From positions 160,001 to 224,000 of the forward strand of contig JBNLAH010000003.1 of the NCBI GenBank assembly GCA_050302075.1: a stretch of 64,000 nt of DNA. The letters run 5' to 3'. Every line of letters begins with the position of its first letter. Within the stretch, counting starts at the first letter, position 1. Shown here one piece after another: positions 60,166 through 64,000 of the stretch. The stretch comes from Parachlamydiales bacterium. Its GTDB lineage: Bacteria; Chlamydiota; Chlamydiia; Chlamydiales; SM23-39. The notes below the pieces were generated by a model. The model saw only the letters and a list, made by a program, of their open reading frames with translations, did not search any database and was not told where the DNA came from. Made by a program: the position numbers and the translations under genes.

Positions 60166-61338
60166 ATGAATAAAAAACGCAACTTATCAACAAAGCAAAA
60201 GATATCAACAAAACCATCAACAAAAAAAGGAACACTTTTGAAACAGTTTTCCACAGCTTGCCCATGCTGTAGTGATCAACCACTTTCTTCTCCTGAAATA
60301 GTAAATGAGGTAAGTGATTTTTTTGAAACAAACAATATAAAATTTTCTCTAACAAAAGATAAGCTTACTAATTGGCGGATAAAAGCAAAGCTTGCTGTCC
60401 GTAAATATAATAGAAGATTAATTTTAGGACTTTTTTATAAAAACTCGCATAAAATCGCCTCTATTAAATCATGTATAGCACATCATAAATTGATAACACA
60501 AATAGCTGATATTATTGAGAAAGAAGCAAAAAACTATTCAATTATTCCATATAGTGATGATCTTTCAACTGGTGATTTAAGATATGTACAAATTGTTGTA
60601 AACGATAGCAAAAGTAAAGCCCAAGTCTCATTTGTGATAAATAATGAAAAGCTAAGCTATAACGTAAAAAAATTTATCTCATCTTTTAAGAAATATCAAT
60701 TTATTGAATCAATCTGGATAAATTATAACGTAAAGGAGTGCAATGTAATTTTCTCTAATAAATGGGAGCACTTTTTTGGTAAAAGTTATCTTTGGCAAGA
60801 TTTTTTAGGAAATAACTTTGCTTTTCATCCCGCTGCCTTCATGCAAGCACACAAGCAAATATTTGAAAAAATTCTAACTTACATAAAAGAAAATATATCA
60901 AAAGATTCATCTGTTTTGGAGCTTTTTGCGGGTGTTGGGGTAATTGGACTTACGCTTGCTCCAAAGTGTAAAAATGTGACTTTAGTTGAAAATAATCCTT
61001 TTTCTAAAGTTTCATTTGATGAAACTCTGAAAAAAACATTTTCAGGGTATATAGATAAAGTATCATATATATCTCAAGACGCCTCTCTTATTAATAACTT
61101 TGAAAACTTTGATGTGATTATTTTAGACCCTCCACGGAAAGGTTTGTCTAAAAATCTGATTGAAAAACTTTGTAAATTACAAAACAAGACAATTATTTAC
61201 GTTAGTTGCAATTTTTTGACTTTCAAAAAAGATGTTGAAGAGCTTGTGAAAAACAAGTATAGATTAACGGATGCTAAAAGTTTTTTAATGTTTCCAGGAT
61301 CCAATCATCTAGAGATTGTCGCTATCTTAAAGGTTTGA
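60166..61338 (+). CDS. RNA (uracil-5)-methyltransferase (RlmD/TrmA family)
   Basis: AFMQ, ELFAGVG, ILDPPRKG, YVSCN, MFPGSNHLE. Confidence 0.88.
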   Translation: MNKKRNLSTKQKISTKPSTKKGTLLKQFSTACPCCSDQPLSSPEIVNEVSDFFETNNIKFSLTKDKLTNWRIKAKLAVRKYNRRLILGLFYKNSHKIASIKSCIAHHKLITQIADIIEKEAKNYSIIPYSDDLSTGDLRYVQIVVNDSKSKAQVSFVINNEKLSYNVKKFISSFKKYQFIESIWINYNVKECNVIFSNKWEHFFGKSYLWQDFLGNNFAFHPAAFMQAHKQIFEKILTYIKENISKDSSVLELFAGVGVIGLTLAPKCKNVTLVENNPFSKVSFDETLKKTFSGYIDKVSYISQDASLINNFENFDVIILDPPRKGLSKNLIEKLCKLQNKTIIYVSCNFLTFKKDVEELVKNKYRLTDAKSFLMFPGSNHLEIVAILKV

Positions 61339-61349
61339 ACTATTGCTCG

Positions 61350-62837
61350 CTAGGTGTTTTGACTATTTGTTGAAACTTTTTTTCTTCTTAAAATTTGAGA
61401 TTTACTTTTTAAGAAAGAGCTAACTCTTCCAACTGCTTTTTTTAAACGCTTTGAGGAAGGTTTCTTCGAATTTGTAGTTTCTTTTATTGAAGCGTTATCC
61501 CAAGAAACTTTTTTCTTCTTTGGTTTTACTTCCTTATATTGGGGGACGGAAGCTTCTGGGGTATCAGTGTCTTCACCAAGGCCAAGTTCTTGTTTTGCTG
61601 TGTTTACAAACTGATCACGATCTTTAGTTAGTTTATTCTTACTTTTAGTTTTTTTGCTTGCTTCTATGGCATCTTTGTATGCATCTAAAACAGCTTCTGC
61701 AGCAGCTTCTTTGTCGTCATTTTCAGCATCTGTTTTTAAAAGAGCATAATACACATTTTTAGCAGCATCGATTAATTCGTTACTATCTTTTTCGTCAATA
61801 TTTTGGTTTGCTTGCATTTTTTTTAAAATTGCCTGATAAACTTTCTTTGCAGCATCTATTAGTTTTTTATTGTATGAAGCAACTTCAGACTCACTTTCTT
61901 GATCAGGTTTGTTATTGATAAGAGTGTGATAGAATCTTTTAGACTCAAAAACATTGAATTTATTTAATTCGTTGATTAATTGTAGTTTAACCGTACGATC
62001 TCTGTTAGCCACAATAGCCTCTCTGTATTTTTCACGAACAAGCTCTAGCGCTTCTAGTTTTTCGTCATCATTAGCATCTGTTTTTAAAAGAGCATAGTAC
62101 ACATTTTTTGCTGCAGAAGGTAGTTTAGTGATAATTTTAACCATATCACCTGGATATGTTAGTTGTGGATCGAGACACTTTTGAAGGCTTTCATAAGCAT
62201 TTTTAGCTGCCAATAACAATTCATTATTATTGGTTGGATCTTCTTTCTTGCTTAATTGTATTTTTTCTAAAGTTTTTTGATAAACCAGCTGGGCTGCTTT
62301 ATAAACTTCAACTGCATTGATGGGATTATTATTTCTAAGCGTTTTTTGGGCTTCTTTTAGCTTAGTAACTTCTCTTTTTACAACATAGTTTTTGCGTTTA
62401 TAGTTCAGTACTTTGAAAATGCCTGCTATTCTCATTAATGCAACCAGTCCAACCCCCACAACAATAATAGGATCTTGGGAAGCTTTGTTAGCTTGTATTT
62501 TTATTTTTTCTAAATATGAGATGTTATTTTTTCGAAAACTAGAGCTTATAAACTTAAAAATTCTAGGTTGGAAATAAACTATTCCTAAAGTTGCACAAGC
62601 GATAAAGCTTGCCCTCATAATTAGGCATTTTTTTGAGCTTGTGTTTCTTTTAGGCTTTTTATAGAAAATCTTATGAAAAAAAGACCTTGGTTTACTAGGC
62701 TGCGCTCTTTCTAAGCAAAAGAAACTTTTTGCTAGCGCTGCAGCTTTATTAATAGAAAGTTCAAATACCTGATAAATAGGGTTCGGTGTATTTTCTATAT
62801 TCTTTTTTTTTACAAAATAATTAAATAAGTTTATCAC
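61350..62837 (-). CDS. hypothetical Inc/effector-like protein with two hydrophobic segments and helical repeats
   Basis: Hydrophobic ASFIACATLGIVYF and IIVVGVGLVALM; repeated AAKNVYYALLKTDA; basic C-terminal tail. Confidence 0.6.
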   Translation of the reverse strand: MINLFNYFVKKKNIENTPNPIYQVFELSINKAAALAKSFFCLERAQPSKPRSFFHKIFYKKPKRNTSSKKCLIMRASFIACATLGIVYFQPRIFKFISSSFRKNNISYLEKIKIQANKASQDPIIVVGVGLVALMRIAGIFKVLNYKRKNYVVKREVTKLKEAQKTLRNNNPINAVEVYKAAQLVYQKTLEKIQLSKKEDPTNNNELLLAAKNAYESLQKCLDPQLTYPGDMVKIITKLPSAAKNVYYALLKTDANDDEKLEALELVREKYREAIVANRDRTVKLQLINELNKFNVFESKRFYHTLINNKPDQESESEVASYNKKLIDAAKKVYQAILKKMQANQNIDEKDSNELIDAAKNVYYALLKTDAENDDKEAAAEAVLDAYKDAIEASKKTKSKNKLTKDRDQFVNTAKQELGLGEDTDTPEASVPQYKEVKPKKKKVSWDNASIKETTNSKKPSSKRLKKAVGRVSSFLKSKSQILRRKKVSTNSQNT

Positions 62838-63134
62838 AAAATACTACCAGTTTAATATAAAATCCGAACTAGTTTAAATAAACTAGGCTTTTATGTAATC
62901 TAAAAAAATAAATACACTTGTTTCTTTTGTTCTAATTAAAGATTAAAGTTCGATAATTTTAGATTATAAATGACTTAAGATTGTTTTTTTTATTAACAAT
63001 CTTTTAAAGATTTTTTTTAGGGATAATTTATATGACCCTAGTTAATGTTTTTTAATTTTTATTTAACTAGGGTAAAAATTTACTTCCATTTGTTAATGGT
63101 ATTAATTTTGTTTTTAGAAAAATTTTATTAAAAA

Positions 63135-63209
63135 TCTGGGTGAGAGGATTCGAACCTCCGACCTCTTGCACCCCATGCAAGCACGCTAGCCAAGCTGCGC
63201 TACACCCAG
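63135..63209 (-). tRNA. tRNA-Pro (GGG)
   Basis: CTGGGTGTAGCGCAGCTTGGCTAGCGTGCTTGCATGGGGTGCAAGAGGTCGGAGGTTCGAATCCTCTCACCCAGA: 7-bp acceptor stem, anticodon stem CTTGC/GCAAG, GGG anticodon, GTTCGAA T-loop; CCA not encoded. Confidence 0.95.
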
Positions 63210-63464
63210 GTTAGTTGGGAGATCATGCTCAAATCTAAATTCTGCTTTTTTGAATTCTTTAATTCCTTGCTTTGCACAACTTTCAATTATTTTTTCAAGT
63301 GGATCGCCAGGATGCAATTCTAAAGCGCTCACATCAACAGAAATGGATGCTGATAGAACAACACCATTTTTAATTCCTTTAACTTTAAAGTTAGCAAATA
63401 ACACGTCCTTTTTTTTTGTAATATTTGTAAAGCGAATCACGTTATTTTCAGCTAGATTTTCCAT
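63186..63464 (-). CDS. small hypothetical protein whose 3' end overlaps tRNA-Pro
   Basis: GGGAG RBS before ATG 63464; FANFKVKG, SASISVD; resembles a small chlamydial conserved protein (from memory). Confidence 0.7.
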   Translation of the reverse strand: MENLAENNVIRFTNITKKKDVLFANFKVKGIKNGVVLSASISVDVSALELHPGDPLEKIIESCAKQGIKEFKKAEFRFEHDLPTNLGVAQLG

Positions 63465-63684
63465 GTTTTTCTCCCAATAAATGAAAAAAGCGTAGACACT
63501 TTTCATATCTTTGTCAATCCAACTTTTATTTTACGAAAGTGAAAAAAATGTAATTGTTAGAAAGTAAATTACCGGTTGCTTGTTTTAAATTCTTTTCTCG
63601 TGCTACATTTCCCATCTTTAAATAGTTTTAAAAAAGCTGTCAGCTGAACAATACTCATTCTGGTTAAAGTTGTTGAAATAAGAT

Positions 63685-64000
63685 ATGATTCAAATGGAAA
63701 AAACCTGGGCTACCTTATTATCGAAAGAGCTGGAAAAGCCTTACATGCAAAATTTAAAGGCTTTTTTATCCAATGAATTGGCTGAAAGTAAGGTTATCTA
63801 CCCCGATCAAGATAAGATATTCAATGCTTTTTGCTTTGCACCATTTGATAAAACAAATGTTGTAATTGTAGGGCAAGATCCATATCACAACCCAAATCAG
63901 GCCCATGGTCTTTCTTTTAGTGTCCAAAAAGGTGTTAAATTACCACCGTCACTTCAAAACATCTATAAAGAGTTAAAAAGTGACATTGGTTGTAATATGC
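63685..64000 (+). CDS. ung: uracil-DNA glycosylase, 3' end runs off the window
   Basis: Translated by hand: [30 protein letters not shown]. Confidence 0.95.
   Translation, partial: MIQMEKTWATLLSKELEKPYMQNLKAFLSNELAESKVIYPDQDKIFNAFCFAPFDKTNVVIVGQDPYHNPNQAHGLSFSVQKGVKLPPSLQNIYKELKSDIGCNM

Noticed and set aside
63135..63209. tRNA-Pro as an integration site (att) for an island
   Set aside because: I did not notice a duplicated tRNA 3' end or an integrase in the window
2827..63480. Many 60-113 aa ORFs in the track that lie antisense to or inside long genes (e.g. 2827..3126, 32967..33305, 47251..47592, 63250..63480)
   Set aside because: Shadow frames of well-supported genes, with no recognisable motifs

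Overview
AT-rich chromosomal segment (roughly one-third GC by eye) from an environmental member of the Chlamydiota. The assignment rests on the two-domain ThyX, the long chlamydial GreA, the isolated nqrA, tandem tyrP, MOMP-like porins, and the thyX-hemB-nqrA-greA and dusB-yggT-ygfA-recA neighbourhoods. Positions 1-30 kb are accessory. They hold (i) a glycan operon whose GT11 transferase, FkbM methyltransferase, GDP-mannose-epimerase-like enzyme and NDP-sugar dehydrogenase all begin with signal-peptide-like leaders; (ii) an ABC/AsnB/glycosyltransferase/O-methyltransferase operon; (iii) a putative His-Cys protease/pseudoprotease followed by a B-A-B-A array of small membrane proteins that share its N-terminal leader, three of them preceded by a relic of the protease 3' end; (iv) two convergent operons for an unusual, probably higher-carbon, methylated NDP-sugar; and (v) a pair of degenerate 2H-phosphoesterase-like paralogues. 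Positions 30-64 kb are mostly core genes. They include an inserted porin/glucosidase/glucokinase block, an Inc-like repeat protein and a tRNA-Pro(GGG) that encodes the last codons of the upstream CDS. No CRISPR array, rRNA, integrase or transposase was seen. All family calls come from motif recognition; no searches were run.
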